The position numbers and the translations under genes are program-made. Under the pieces are notes generated by a model. That model did not search any database. It was not told the origin of the DNA and was given only the letters and a program-made list of their open reading frames with translations. A DNA stretch of 64,000 nucleotides from positions 139,468-203,467 of the IMG/VR virus record IMGVR_UViG_3300049460_000121; one strand, 5' to 3'. Shown in pieces: positions 28,363-37,844 of this stretch. Numbering within the stretch: the stretch's first letter is position 1; each line of letters begins with the position of its first letter. This stretch comes from a virus. Its lineage: Duplodnaviria > Heunggongvirae > Uroviricota > Caudoviricetes.

Positions 28363-30162
28363 ATGGCTACGCCCAATATCCAGATGTCGAAACCGGGTGG
28401 GCTCTATCGTACTGTGCAAGCGTTGACTTGGCAGCTGAGTGATCAGGTGGAGCGATTCAGCTTCACCGTCAACGGTGTTCAGCCAACGCTGTCCAAGTAC
28501 ATCGCCTACGACACGTTGAGTCCACCCAACCCGTTTATCGCGGTAACGCAGGACGGCGCAGGTAACGTGGTATACGACGGGGGCTTCCCGAAGTTCTACA
28601 ACATGTACGCTCCAGCAGCGAACGCCACCTTCGCCCAATTGTCCGCCAGCTTCAAGTTCCTTTATAATGCCATCAACTTCTGTGCCAATAAGAAGAAGAC
28701 GGAGATCGGGAACAAGCGGATTCTGCTGTTAGGTGATGGTGGTAGCAGTAACAACAACGGTAACTACCGCGTGCTGTACGGTGGCGTTGCTGACTTCCAC
28801 ACCAGCTTCACCAACATCGCCAAGATCGCTGGGTACAGCATCACGATCAAAGACCGGGTGAACTACGCCGGCGGTTACATCGATGCGCGGTTTGCTGAAC
28901 TCGATCAGTACTGCATGGTGATCGTGATGTCCTCGGACTACGGTCACCCTGTTGGTGGCTGGATGACCGATCAGTGCGTAACGGACATGGTGACCTACCG
29001 TGAACGCGGTAACGGCATCATCGTCATCACTGACCACAGTGGGACCAACTCGCAGGCGGCTGATGCGGCGGGGAATACCCGACCAGGTTTCCATGGCACG
29101 GGTCAGAAGCTGGTGCGTAACTTCGGTTCGTACTTCACCGGTAACTACGATCGTACTCCGGTTAACGTGGGCTTCCTGCGTGCGACCTACGGAGATCATG
29201 CGCTGTATAACGGCATGACCAACGCCGAGAGCATCCACGCGGGGTATTCCGAATCTAAGGTGGTGGTGACGCAGTATCCTGAGTACACCGCAGCTAACGC
29301 ACCAGTGGTCAACCTGACGACAGACGGCAAGTATGTCATCTCGATCCTGGCGATCTTGAAGGACGGGACGCCTGAGACTTATCGGTACGTGTTCAACATC
29401 GTGCTGGGTGAGTTCCTCTGGTGGAAATCTACCGTCGATGGACACATCTTGGGTGATACTTACTCCACCAAGAAATCCATCTCGGACTTCCTGCCGTATA
29501 TCTCGCCTCAGGACAACGGGACGCTGTTCGGCAGTATCTTGCGGAACGGGAAGAAGATCGGTAGCTTCGTCCATGACGAGGCGACGGGCAGCGTTTATAA
29601 GTACCTGTCTGGGTCGAACATCTATCCGGTGAACGACAAGGACACCTTCACCATCTCGGTGGAAGAGCCCTTCAGTTACAACAAGACCTTGACTGTGGCC
29701 CGTTACCAGCCTCCGGTGAGTGCGATCATTGATCACGCCCACACGCTGAAGTTGTTGGGTATCGATGACTACGTGGGAGTTCCTCCGCGTAAGCTGGTGA
29801 ACAAGATCATCAAGGACATCGCGGTGTTCTATCCGGAATACCCACTCTTGTTGAACGGGGACGCTGCGCGGGACGTCGCGATCATTCGCCGGTTCACCAG
29901 TGAGTTCGTCGGTGATGTCACCACGGCCTACATCTACGCCCTCAGTGACGATGCTAAGGAAGGGCGTCGCATCCTCACCACTCAGCCGAACTGCATCATC
30001 GATGCGGAGAAGAATGAGGTGTGGGAATATCAGTACCCGGAATGGTTGCTCATCGACGGCTTGAAGGCTCAGGACTTCCTGGGTGCTCCACGGCGTGTGA
30101 CGAGCATCACCAACGGTGACAAGTTCCTGTTGCGTGTGGATGGTTCCATCGTCCAAATCTGA
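28363..30162 (+). CDS. Tail fibre/appendage-like virion protein
   Basis: 600 aa from ATG 28363 (SD AGGGG); follows an adaptor gene; internal alpha/beta domain. Confidence 0.65.
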   Translation: MATPNIQMSKPGGLYRTVQALTWQLSDQVERFSFTVNGVQPTLSKYIAYDTLSPPNPFIAVTQDGAGNVVYDGGFPKFYNMYAPAANATFAQLSASFKFLYNAINFCANKKKTEIGNKRILLLGDGGSSNNNGNYRVLYGGVADFHTSFTNIAKIAGYSITIKDRVNYAGGYIDARFAELDQYCMVIVMSSDYGHPVGGWMTDQCVTDMVTYRERGNGIIVITDHSGTNSQAADAAGNTRPGFHGTGQKLVRNFGSYFTGNYDRTPVNVGFLRATYGDHALYNGMTNAESIHAGYSESKVVVTQYPEYTAANAPVVNLTTDGKYVISILAILKDGTPETYRYVFNIVLGEFLWWKSTVDGHILGDTYSTKKSISDFLPYISPQDNGTLFGSILRNGKKIGSFVHDEATGSVYKYLSGSNIYPVNDKDTFTISVEEPFSYNKTLTVARYQPPVSAIIDHAHTLKLLGIDDYVGVPPRKLVNKIIKDIAVFYPEYPLLLNGDAARDVAIIRRFTSEFVGDVTTAYIYALSDDAKEGRRILTTQPNCIIDAEKNEVWEYQYPEWLLIDGLKAQDFLGAPRRVTSITNGDKFLLRVDGSIVQI

Positions 30163-30164
30163 TC

Positions 30165-30196
30165 GGTGGTGGCCTAGGCCACCATCTCACTCTTTT
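30165..30196 (+). terminator. Palindromic hairpin, probable terminator
   Basis: 18-bp perfect palindrome TGGTGGCCTAGGCCACCA followed by TCTCACTCTTTT. Confidence 0.55.
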
Positions 30197-30210
30197 GCGA
30201 GTAAGTACTC

Positions 30211-30852
30211 ATGGCTGACACTATCTTTAAGTACCCATTCGATCCACTGGGTACGAGTCCTACCAACCGGGTGCTCGAAGAAGCGCACACGATCGGCGCG
30301 CTGCGTGGTCGTATGTTTGCGGCTGACTACGGTCCGTTCTTCGGCGCCAGCGTTATTGTCAAGGACATGGTCACTGGTCGGGTCCTGGTACCGGTTCAGG
30401 ACTACGTGCTGGTCCACTACTATCGTGAAGCAGGCATGGCCACCGGTCAAGCCGTTTACGCCGCAGTGCGGATCATCAACCCTGACGTTAGCACCGACAT
30501 CGGCTTCACCGCACAAATGGTTGGGGGTGAGTTCTCTTACTCTACCTTCGCTATTAAGCAGGCAATCGAAGACCTGATGAACGACGACCGCCCTGTGTTC
30601 TGGGGTGATCTGGTGGGTATTCCTTCCCAGTTCGTTCCGGCGATGCACTTGCACAGCGCGTACGACCTGTACGGTATGAAGTACCTGATCGAATCCAACT
30701 ATGACATCGCTGCGGCTATCCGTGAAGGTGACGTGGGTTCTCGGCAACTCTTGCTGGATCAGGTTCGCCAGAAGTTCGGTGACTTGGACAACTTCATGTT
30801 GGCTCTGGCTACCAACTACCGCACAGCGGCGGCTGAACTGTCGTTGATTTAA
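30211..30852 (+). CDS. Virion structural protein (baseplate/fibre adaptor), paralog of 27471-28352
   Basis: YPFDPLG.SPTN.V.EE.HTI, GPFF..S, VPSQF.PA.H.H motifs. Confidence 0.75.
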   Translation: MADTIFKYPFDPLGTSPTNRVLEEAHTIGALRGRMFAADYGPFFGASVIVKDMVTGRVLVPVQDYVLVHYYREAGMATGQAVYAAVRIINPDVSTDIGFTAQMVGGEFSYSTFAIKQAIEDLMNDDRPVFWGDLVGIPSQFVPAMHLHSAYDLYGMKYLIESNYDIAAAIREGDVGSRQLLLDQVRQKFGDLDNFMLALATNYRTAAAELSLI

Positions 30853-30877
30853 ACATGCGATCCTTGGAGTGACGAGA

Positions 30878-33811
30878 ATGTCCCTGACGGAAAAGATGAA
30901 TGATCTTCTTGACGAGATGAAGGCAGTCAATGCCGAAATCATCGAGAAGACCGGGGGTCCAGCGGGTAGCGATACCATCGTTGCTCACGCCCCCAACGCT
31001 GACAAGCTGGACGGAATGTCGGCAGGTCGTGTCTCGGATCTACTCCGGGAGCGCATTCGAGCCCACATCGAGACACTGGGTCAGAACGCTCACAACCTTC
31101 TGCCTAGTGACCTCGGCACCTACAGCGACACGGAGTTCAACGGTAAGCTCGATGAATACCTCGACATCAACGGTACTGGTCCGCTGTCGTTCTACGGTGA
31201 CCGCGAGTACCTGCCGCCTACGGTGACGGGTTCTTTCGAATCCGGCGTGAACTGGGCGCCATGGGGTTTCGTCGGCATGTTCCTTGAGGACAACGGCACC
31301 CTCATGATGTTGCGTACCGGTACGGATGGCGTGAAGGCAGGTGTGTACTACTCGTACCTGCGTAACGCCCTCAATACCCGGTTGATCTCAGACATCGTGA
31401 TGACCAACGCCCGTTACCACCCGGCTTACTTCCCAGCGGGTTCTGTAGCGCGTTCGGTCCTCTGGTCTAACCAAGACCTGATTATCGGTATTCTCCATAA
31501 TGTCGCCACGCTGCAAATCACCGGCTACTTCATCAGTCTGACGAACAACACCTTCGACCAGAGCAAACATACCGGCATCGTGATCCCAGCTGGTACCATC
31601 ATCAACCCAAGCATCACGGGTGAGGCCACTCTGCGTGGCATCCCGATGGGTTTCTTGAAAGACGGTACCGTCTACTTACTGGTCAACAAGGATACCGCCA
31701 ACGTCCGGGCTGCCGGCATGAAGGTGTATTCGATACCCAAGCAGAACCTGATCGATAGCAACTACGTTGCACCTACACCGATTACCGGCTGGACCATCAA
31801 CCGGGGCGTAGCTGGTGTGGTATCCAGGACTGACCTGGACTACGCCGACGACAAGTTCGATCTGATTGCCTTGACTGATGGTCGTATGGTGCCACAGGAA
31901 ATCGATCGGGCCAACCCCCCTCACTACGCCAAGACGCTCGACACCGGTGTAATGTGGTTGTCGACTGGTCAATTCATGTCAGTCTGGGACAATTCGCAAC
32001 AGGCGCAGTACGTTCAGTGGTTGACGAACTTCGCATTTGTATTTGATCCGGTGAGTAAAGTCGTCGACATGGCGCAGTACTTCAACTCGAAGCCTGTCGT
32101 TTCGTTCACCAGTCCGACAACCTGGGACGTCTCCGACGCTCCGGCAAACCCTTACCTGAAGAACCCTGGCAGTCATGTCGGGCAGTATCAAGGTCAGGAT
32201 TCGGTGCGGGTGTATTTGACCGAGAACAACGTGGCCTTCTACTACAGAACGTACGTTCTGTACACCAACCGGGTGTTAGGTCGTGCTACCTATCCGGCTA
32301 ACGCGGACTTCTCCTCGATCATGCGTGGGTCAGCCGACTACACCGACATCCTCGCCGATCAATACGAGGGGCGGTTTGCCAGTCCGTGTTCGTTCCTTTA
32401 TACCTCAGTCTCCAACTTTGGCGACCTCGTCCTGACCGGTCAGAACACCGGTTGGAACAAATCGAACAAAGTTCAGCGGATGTGGTTCCGGGCCGGGACG
32501 TCCAGCACGTTCACGTACCAGTACGGCAGTCTTCAGGGTTATAACTTCTGGGGTAACCCACCGACCCCCGATCGTGCCTGGTTGGCCGACTATCCTGGTG
32601 CGAACAAAGCGGACCTGTACAACTGCGTCAACGAGACGGATGAGTCTGGGTGGTTAGTCCACCAAGCGCGCTACGACAACTACGTCGATCCCAATCGTCG
32701 AAGTGGTTCGGCCAACATCAACACCGCCATGGTGGGTAGTGGGGCGGTGAGTATCACGCCCGCAGCCTTCAACAGTCTAGAAGCATCGCTTCGTGCTGAC
32801 CTGGCGGCGAACCTTATTGGTCCATACGGTGGTGGGCTGAACCTCTGGTACGAAGTTGTCGTTCCGCAGCGTTACACTGACATGCCTGCGTTTGTCTACG
32901 GACACTACGTAGGTGTTGATCGGATTACTCGATTCTTCGTGTACTCGATCAACGTCAACGTTCGAGGTAATGTGACGTCCGCCTCCCTGCAACCTGGCAG
33001 CCGGCGGTTCATCGATTGTCCGCACGGTTACGGTACCGCTTTTGGCATCAGTATCTCAACCGGCGATTCCGGGCAGGTGGCTATCCGACGTGCCAACGGT
33101 GGGTTCTACGTCGGTCTGACCACCCAGGCTCGTTACACGTTCATCGGTAACAGTGTGGCGAGTTGCATGCTGATGCAGTGGACACCTGGCGGTGGTTGGT
33201 CATTCCCCATGGGGTATGACTACGACCAGCAACAGATCTCGATCAGCGGCTTCCTCAACATGTCGCACGGTCTGTACCTGACGTTCACCACTGAGAACCA
33301 CCGTGGCTCGATCGACTGCGGTACGAAGTTGCTAGGTCAGCTGATCAGTAATGGCGGAGCACCTGAGCTGCCAACGCTGAACCATTATCGGGCTCGAATG
33401 AACGATGGTGGTACCACACGGATCTTCCTGTCGCAACAAACCGTGACGGCGTGGACAGTGTACTTCGCTGACCCAACACCTGTGATGATCGATGGCCTCT
33501 ACTACGAGTTGGGTGTTTACGCCCATTACCTCAACGGTGCGACCGATCAGAACAAAACGTTCTACGTGTGGGCAGTGCGACTGAGTGGGGCGGTATTCTA
33601 CCACGTCACCACTAACCCGGCCATTCCGACTGGTTTCGAGGGGCAACTCTACCTCGGTTACTTCACCACCAACTCGGCTGGTCTTGCGGTCGTGGCGATT
33701 GAGAAGCGTGTGGCTGTTGGCGGTACGTTGATCTCGACTACCTCTCGCGGTAAATCCATCCCAGTGACTGCCGGTGTACCAAACACCCCAGGTCGCCTCA
33801 GCTGGAAATAA
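30878..33811 (+). CDS. Large tail fibre / tail tip protein (phiKZ gp131-135 family)
   Basis: 977 aa; N-terminal H..N.H motif, beta-propeller-like body, conserved C-terminal IPVTAG.P..P motif. Confidence 0.75.
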   Translation: MSLTEKMNDLLDEMKAVNAEIIEKTGGPAGSDTIVAHAPNADKLDGMSAGRVSDLLRERIRAHIETLGQNAHNLLPSDLGTYSDTEFNGKLDEYLDINGTGPLSFYGDREYLPPTVTGSFESGVNWAPWGFVGMFLEDNGTLMMLRTGTDGVKAGVYYSYLRNALNTRLISDIVMTNARYHPAYFPAGSVARSVLWSNQDLIIGILHNVATLQITGYFISLTNNTFDQSKHTGIVIPAGTIINPSITGEATLRGIPMGFLKDGTVYLLVNKDTANVRAAGMKVYSIPKQNLIDSNYVAPTPITGWTINRGVAGVVSRTDLDYADDKFDLIALTDGRMVPQEIDRANPPHYAKTLDTGVMWLSTGQFMSVWDNSQQAQYVQWLTNFAFVFDPVSKVVDMAQYFNSKPVVSFTSPTTWDVSDAPANPYLKNPGSHVGQYQGQDSVRVYLTENNVAFYYRTYVLYTNRVLGRATYPANADFSSIMRGSADYTDILADQYEGRFASPCSFLYTSVSNFGDLVLTGQNTGWNKSNKVQRMWFRAGTSSTFTYQYGSLQGYNFWGNPPTPDRAWLADYPGANKADLYNCVNETDESGWLVHQARYDNYVDPNRRSGSANINTAMVGSGAVSITPAAFNSLEASLRADLAANLIGPYGGGLNLWYEVVVPQRYTDMPAFVYGHYVGVDRITRFFVYSINVNVRGNVTSASLQPGSRRFIDCPHGYGTAFGISISTGDSGQVAIRRANGGFYVGLTTQARYTFIGNSVASCMLMQWTPGGGWSFPMGYDYDQQQISISGFLNMSHGLYLTFTTENHRGSIDCGTKLLGQLISNGGAPELPTLNHYRARMNDGGTTRIFLSQQTVTAWTVYFADPTPVMIDGLYYELGVYAHYLNGATDQNKTFYVWAVRLSGAVFYHVTTNPAIPTGFEGQLYLGYFTTNSAGLAVVAIEKRVAVGGTLISTTSRGKSIPVTAGVPNTPGRLSWK

Positions 33812-33813
33812 AC

Positions 33814-34491
33814 ATGTCTACTACACCAGAAATCGTAGAAGAGATCACGGAAGAGTTCATCAAGTGGAAAGACGAAATCCTCCGCCTGCTTGGTAACGAC
33901 AACGTGTTGCCGGAAACCATCACCAGTAAAGTGGGTGGACTGACGTACGCTCAGATCGTGGCCATCATTGACCAAGAATTGTTGGCGCACATCAACACTC
34001 GCAATGCGCATGGACTGACCCTCACTGGTTTGGGTGGGATGTCCAAGGGTGCGTTCGATACGATGATGAAGTCGTACTACCCTAAGGCGGGGATGCCATT
34101 CACTACGGTGAAGGGTGTTCCATGGTCGGTGGCTGGCGCTGTGTTGAAAGTGGCTGACATCCCGTTCCTTTGGATGGGACGAACCCTCACCGCTCAAGGT
34201 GGGACGTTCACGGCCACTGCGTCTCGTCAGTACATCAAGTTCGTGATCACCACAGCTGCCGGTGGGTATAAGCAGGTGACGGTGCTCATGGCTCCGGATG
34301 CTTCGGAAGACGTCAACACCATCATCGTGGGCCATGTTCAGTTGGTGGGCGGTGTTGCTCAGGCCGTGTTCACCGACGTGGTTCGTATCGGTTACGCCGC
34401 CATCAGCCAGACTCGTCGTGGTCTTGCGATCCCGGCTACTGCCGGTACACCGACACAGCCGCAGTCCCTCCCAGCGAGCTGGTTCTCGTAA
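33814..34491 (+). CDS. Tail fibre family paralog
   Basis: AHINTRNAHGLT motif and C-terminal IPATAGTPTQP shared with its neighbours. Confidence 0.75.
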   Translation: MSTTPEIVEEITEEFIKWKDEILRLLGNDNVLPETITSKVGGLTYAQIVAIIDQELLAHINTRNAHGLTLTGLGGMSKGAFDTMMKSYYPKAGMPFTTVKGVPWSVAGAVLKVADIPFLWMGRTLTAQGGTFTATASRQYIKFVITTAAGGYKQVTVLMAPDASEDVNTIIVGHVQLVGGVAQAVFTDVVRIGYAAISQTRRGLAIPATAGTPTQPQSLPASWFS

Positions 34492-34503
34492 TCAGAGGTC
34501 ATC

Positions 34504-35235
34504 ATGGCAGATACAGACGCCACAAAGCTCCTGAACTATTACTTTGCGCAGTATCAGGCTAACATCGTCCGATTGTTGAAACGTCCAAAGCGTGCACGCA
34601 TCATCGCAGGCAATACCGACACCCTCAATAACCAGACGGTGGCGCAACTGCTCGCGGGGGCAAGGGCTGACCTTGCTGCCCACGCAGCTTTACAGAACAA
34701 CCCGCACCAGGAAACTATTCGGACCATTGGTTCGTTTGAAGACTCCTACGTGCGAGGGGAGGCGGTGAAGAAGATCCCTAGTGGAATCTTACCCATCTCG
34801 ACGTATGGTATTGGCGATGAACTGACTGACGCGCAAGTGCAGGCAGCCTGGACCAGTTCGGGATGGTTTTTGTCGTGTCAACTCACGATGAATGTCATCA
34901 TCTCGGGCACGCCGTTCGTGATGCCGGCGGTCACCATTGACCTGCGTAGCGTCGACGCGTCACCCGCCAACAAAACCTTTCACGTCTTCGTCCACCTGCG
35001 GTTTGGTGTAGCGAGTTACCGTATCCGTGACGACAGCCCTCCTGAGGGTAACGCGATCATGTACATCGGTACTATCACCACCAACGCCGCTGGGATTGTC
35101 TCGAGGACTTTCAAAACCGTGTTGCGTATCGACACCTTCCGCCTCTCTCAGACGCCTGTTGGCTCTGCGATCCCGGTACAAGGTGGTACGTACGATGCAC
35201 CAGTGGCGTTCCCAACCTCCTGGAACCCAGCCTAA
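34504..35235 (+). CDS. Tail fibre family paralog
   Basis: AHAALQNNPHQET motif and C-terminal IPVQGGT...P shared with its neighbours. Confidence 0.75.
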   Translation: MADTDATKLLNYYFAQYQANIVRLLKRPKRARIIAGNTDTLNNQTVAQLLAGARADLAAHAALQNNPHQETIRTIGSFEDSYVRGEAVKKIPSGILPISTYGIGDELTDAQVQAAWTSSGWFLSCQLTMNVIISGTPFVMPAVTIDLRSVDASPANKTFHVFVHLRFGVASYRIRDDSPPEGNAIMYIGTITTNAAGIVSRTFKTVLRIDTFRLSQTPVGSAIPVQGGTYDAPVAFPTSWNPA

Positions 35236-35247
35236 TCGGAGAGCAGC

Positions 35248-35883
35248 ATGACTCAACCAGTACCGGAATACCCAACCAACGTACAGGCTTCCAATCCCTA
35301 CGTCGGCATCGACCGTGGCCTGTTCATGATTCAGGGTCCGGTTCCTACCTTCGGCCGCGTTCACGCAGCTCGTTGGGAGTCGCACGGTCCGAACGCCGGT
35401 ATTGGTCGTCTGGAATACCAGATCATGGTGTTCAGCTCAATGCCGGTCACCCCTGCCCAGTTCATGGGTGGTACGCTGGCAACCGCACCGGACGGTACCA
35501 AGTGGTTCGATTGCTTGGTACGTGGCAGTCTACTTCCTCCGATTATGGTGGAGTACTGGGCTCGCCACACCTACCTCGGTTACTTCGCCAACCATGAGGT
35601 GGCTGACGCTGTTCATCTGTCCGCTTTGGAGAAGTCCACTGCGGTCGAACAGGCCCAAGCCCTCACCGTGACCATGGGACGTCCTCTGGAGCTCGATACG
35701 ATCGAATTCGTTGTGACGTACAACCAATCGCTCGGAAGTCCTCTGACGCGTAGCACAGCCACGCTGACGATCGGTTACGGTCCTGCCAACAGCAAGCAAG
35801 AACTTACCCTGACGTCGTTCAGTCAGGAATTCTTTGATCCGGTGCAATATGCATTGGCTCACTTGAAATCTCTGAGGAGTTGA
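35248..35883 (+). CDS. Hypothetical protein, probably virion-associated
   Basis: 211 aa, SD GGAG, in the late operon. Confidence 0.7.
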   Translation: MTQPVPEYPTNVQASNPYVGIDRGLFMIQGPVPTFGRVHAARWESHGPNAGIGRLEYQIMVFSSMPVTPAQFMGGTLATAPDGTKWFDCLVRGSLLPPIMVEYWARHTYLGYFANHEVADAVHLSALEKSTAVEQAQALTVTMGRPLELDTIEFVVTYNQSLGSPLTRSTATLTIGYGPANSKQELTLTSFSQEFFDPVQYALAHLKSLRS

Positions 35884-35886
35884 TCT

Positions 35887-36558
35887 ATGGCTACGTCCAA
35901 TAAGACCATTCTCGAGACCCAGACCTGGCTCAAGCAATTGGGTTACAATCCTGGGACTCCGGATGGGATCTGGGGCAACAACTCCGAGAAAGCCTACCAG
36001 GCACTCTTGGCGAACAACATCGAGAACGGTGATGTCCTGATGATCCCTTGGGGCGTCAAGTTCACCGAGTTCGAAATTGCCAAGTTGCGTCAGGTGATCC
36101 GTAACCTCGGTTTACCACCGCATAACGTCCAGGACTTCATGGGCTGCATGGCGTGGGAAACGGGTGAGACCTTCAGTCCATCGGTCAAGTCCCCTGTGTC
36201 CTCCGCGACTGGTCTGATCCAGTTCATGAAGAACACCGCTATCGGCCTGGGTACTACTGTCGAAGCGTTGGCCAAGATGACTGTGGTCGAACAACTGGCT
36301 TACGTTGAGAAGCACTTCCTACCTTACCGTAAGAAGATCGCTAACCTCGGCGACATTTACCTAGCGATACTTTGGCCGGCCGGTATCGGTAAGCCTGACA
36401 GCTTCGTGATGTGGGAAGAAGGCGACGGTCAGTTCATTCCGAACAAAGGCATTGACTTCAATGCCGATGGCAAGATCACCCGTCTGGAGTGCATTCAAAA
36501 AGTGCGCAACAAGTTGGTGAAAGGTTTCCTGCCTGGCAACGTCCGCAAGGCTGCGTAA
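35887..36558 (+). CDS. Modular endolysin: N-terminal peptidoglycan-binding domain plus lysozyme-like/transglycosylase domain
   Basis: Q..L..LGY.PG..DGIWG..S..A (PG_binding_1); WETG catalytic Glu; SSATGLIQFM; Y.AILWP. Confidence 0.85.
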   Translation: MATSNKTILETQTWLKQLGYNPGTPDGIWGNNSEKAYQALLANNIENGDVLMIPWGVKFTEFEIAKLRQVIRNLGLPPHNVQDFMGCMAWETGETFSPSVKSPVSSATGLIQFMKNTAIGLGTTVEALAKMTVVEQLAYVEKHFLPYRKKIANLGDIYLAILWPAGIGKPDSFVMWEEGDGQFIPNKGIDFNADGKITRLECIQKVRNKLVKGFLPGNVRKAA

Positions 36559-36572
36559 ACAAAAAAAAGAAA

Positions 36573-36607
36573 GCTAGAGACAGGAGCTTACGCTCCTGTC
36601 TCTATGC
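36573..36607. terminator. Bidirectional terminator
   Basis: 13-bp stem TAGAGACAGGAGC/GCTCCTGTCTCTA; the A-tract at 36561-36568 provides the minus-strand U-tract. Confidence 0.8.
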
Positions 36608-36609
36608 TG

Positions 36610-37629
36610 TTAACGTTTGATTACTTGATCGCGTACTCGCCAGGTACAGTTGTCAGGCTTGTAGCCATCGAGCTCGACTTTACGAACCAATGAGTGGCCT
36701 ACCTGATATCCATTATCGAGAGACCACTTCTTGAATTCCGGAAAATACTTCCACAACTCGTGAAACGGAACAGGGCGCTGTTTGATGTGACACCAGTAGT
36801 TGTACAGCTTCCGCTCAATCTCCTCGTCGGCTTGCGGTGTTAGTAACTGAGTTATTGTCGACTCCTCGACATCAGCCAGTCCTCTCGATCTGAGGTAGTC
36901 GTTCATCTCTGCACGGTCGTGTACTTGAGGGTCCAGAGTGCGGCGGCTGACTTCTTGCCAACTAACATTGCCTGGTACGTAACCGAGTTGAGCATCCTCG
37001 CACTGTAGGACATGGAACCGCTTGTAGCCGTTCTCCATTGCCCACTTCTCGAACACTTTGAAGTCCTGCCAGGCGGGATCGAGGTTAATCCCCGATATTA
37101 CTATCGATCCCCAGTAGAACGCCAGGATTGATTGTACTGGGTCCGACGCATCAGCGCCCTCAGGGAACTTGAGATCTGACCAGGGGCCGAAACGAGGCGA
37201 ACTAACCTCGCTATAGTCGGCACCGACCTTCTCCAACAGTACGTTGAATTTTGGATCGGCGCAGACCTCCTTACCGCTATGGGTGAAGAACACCGGTTTA
37301 TTCGATGGTCTCACCGCCTCATCGATATCCATGTCTGGCCAGGTTGCCACGAGGTATTCGCGCAAGGCCTTGAAATCAATTTGCTCATCGTGAGCGAGAT
37401 AAATCTCGATGTGCGTGTGCAGTACGTTAGACAGATGTATCGACTGAGTGACCACACCGTGTTTGCTAAGACTCGCAGCCATGACAGGTGAAGTGACTTG
37501 ATAGAACCCGATAAGGCGTTTGAGGATATCCTCAATAGACTCACCAGCAGCTTGTTCTTTATTCAGCTGATCACGCACCATGGTGCAGATGTTGAACATT
37601 GCGAGAGCTTCTTTACGTTGGTTCCACAT
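36610..37629 (-). CDS. Protein with two or three degenerate HNH-endonuclease-like modules
   Basis: W..F..F.KW...NGY......... GY.P.N..W repeated twice; KLYNYWCHIKQR leader; true start ATG 37629. Confidence 0.7.
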   Translation of the reverse strand: MWNQRKEALAMFNICTMVRDQLNKEQAAGESIEDILKRLIGFYQVTSPVMAASLSKHGVVTQSIHLSNVLHTHIEIYLAHDEQIDFKALREYLVATWPDMDIDEAVRPSNKPVFFTHSGKEVCADPKFNVLLEKVGADYSEVSSPRFGPWSDLKFPEGADASDPVQSILAFYWGSIVISGINLDPAWQDFKVFEKWAMENGYKRFHVLQCEDAQLGYVPGNVSWQEVSRRTLDPQVHDRAEMNDYLRSRGLADVEESTITQLLTPQADEEIERKLYNYWCHIKQRPVPFHELWKYFPEFKKWSLDNGYQVGHSLVRKVELDGYKPDNCTWRVRDQVIKR

Positions 37630-37634
37630 GTTAC

Positions 37635-37649
37635 TGTCCTCCACGGACT
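37635..37649 (-). promoter_or_regulatory. Conserved SD hairpin AGTCCGTGGAGGACA, copy 1
   Basis: 5 nt upstream of the ATG; GTCC/GGAC stem with GTGGA loop. Confidence 0.7.
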
Positions 37650-37655
37650 ATTGGA

Positions 37656-37844
37656 TTAGCGGATTGTTACGACAGCGCACAGACGAGCAAGTTTACGGAT
37701 ACGATTCTTCGCACGCATGGACTTGTTGTTGAAGATCTGCTGTGCCAGTTTGTGCATGGTCTTCTTCGTATATGGACGGTAGATCTTACGCTTGATGATT
37801 GGAATGTAGTTCATGGTATCGCCATCAAAGTTAGCAGTGAACAT
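37656..37844 (-). CDS. Small basic protein with an RNAP-catalytic-loop-like N-terminus (FTANFDGDTMN)
   Basis: 62 aa, starts immediately after the upstream stop codon, GAGGG SD; fills the gap between two genes. Confidence 0.55.
   Translation of the reverse strand: MFTANFDGDTMNYIPIIKRKIYRPYTKKTMHKLAQQIFNNKSMRAKNRIRKLARLCAVVTIR

Noticed and set aside
28729-30156. 475-aa minus-strand ORF
   Set aside because: Shadow of the appendage gene caused by codon bias.
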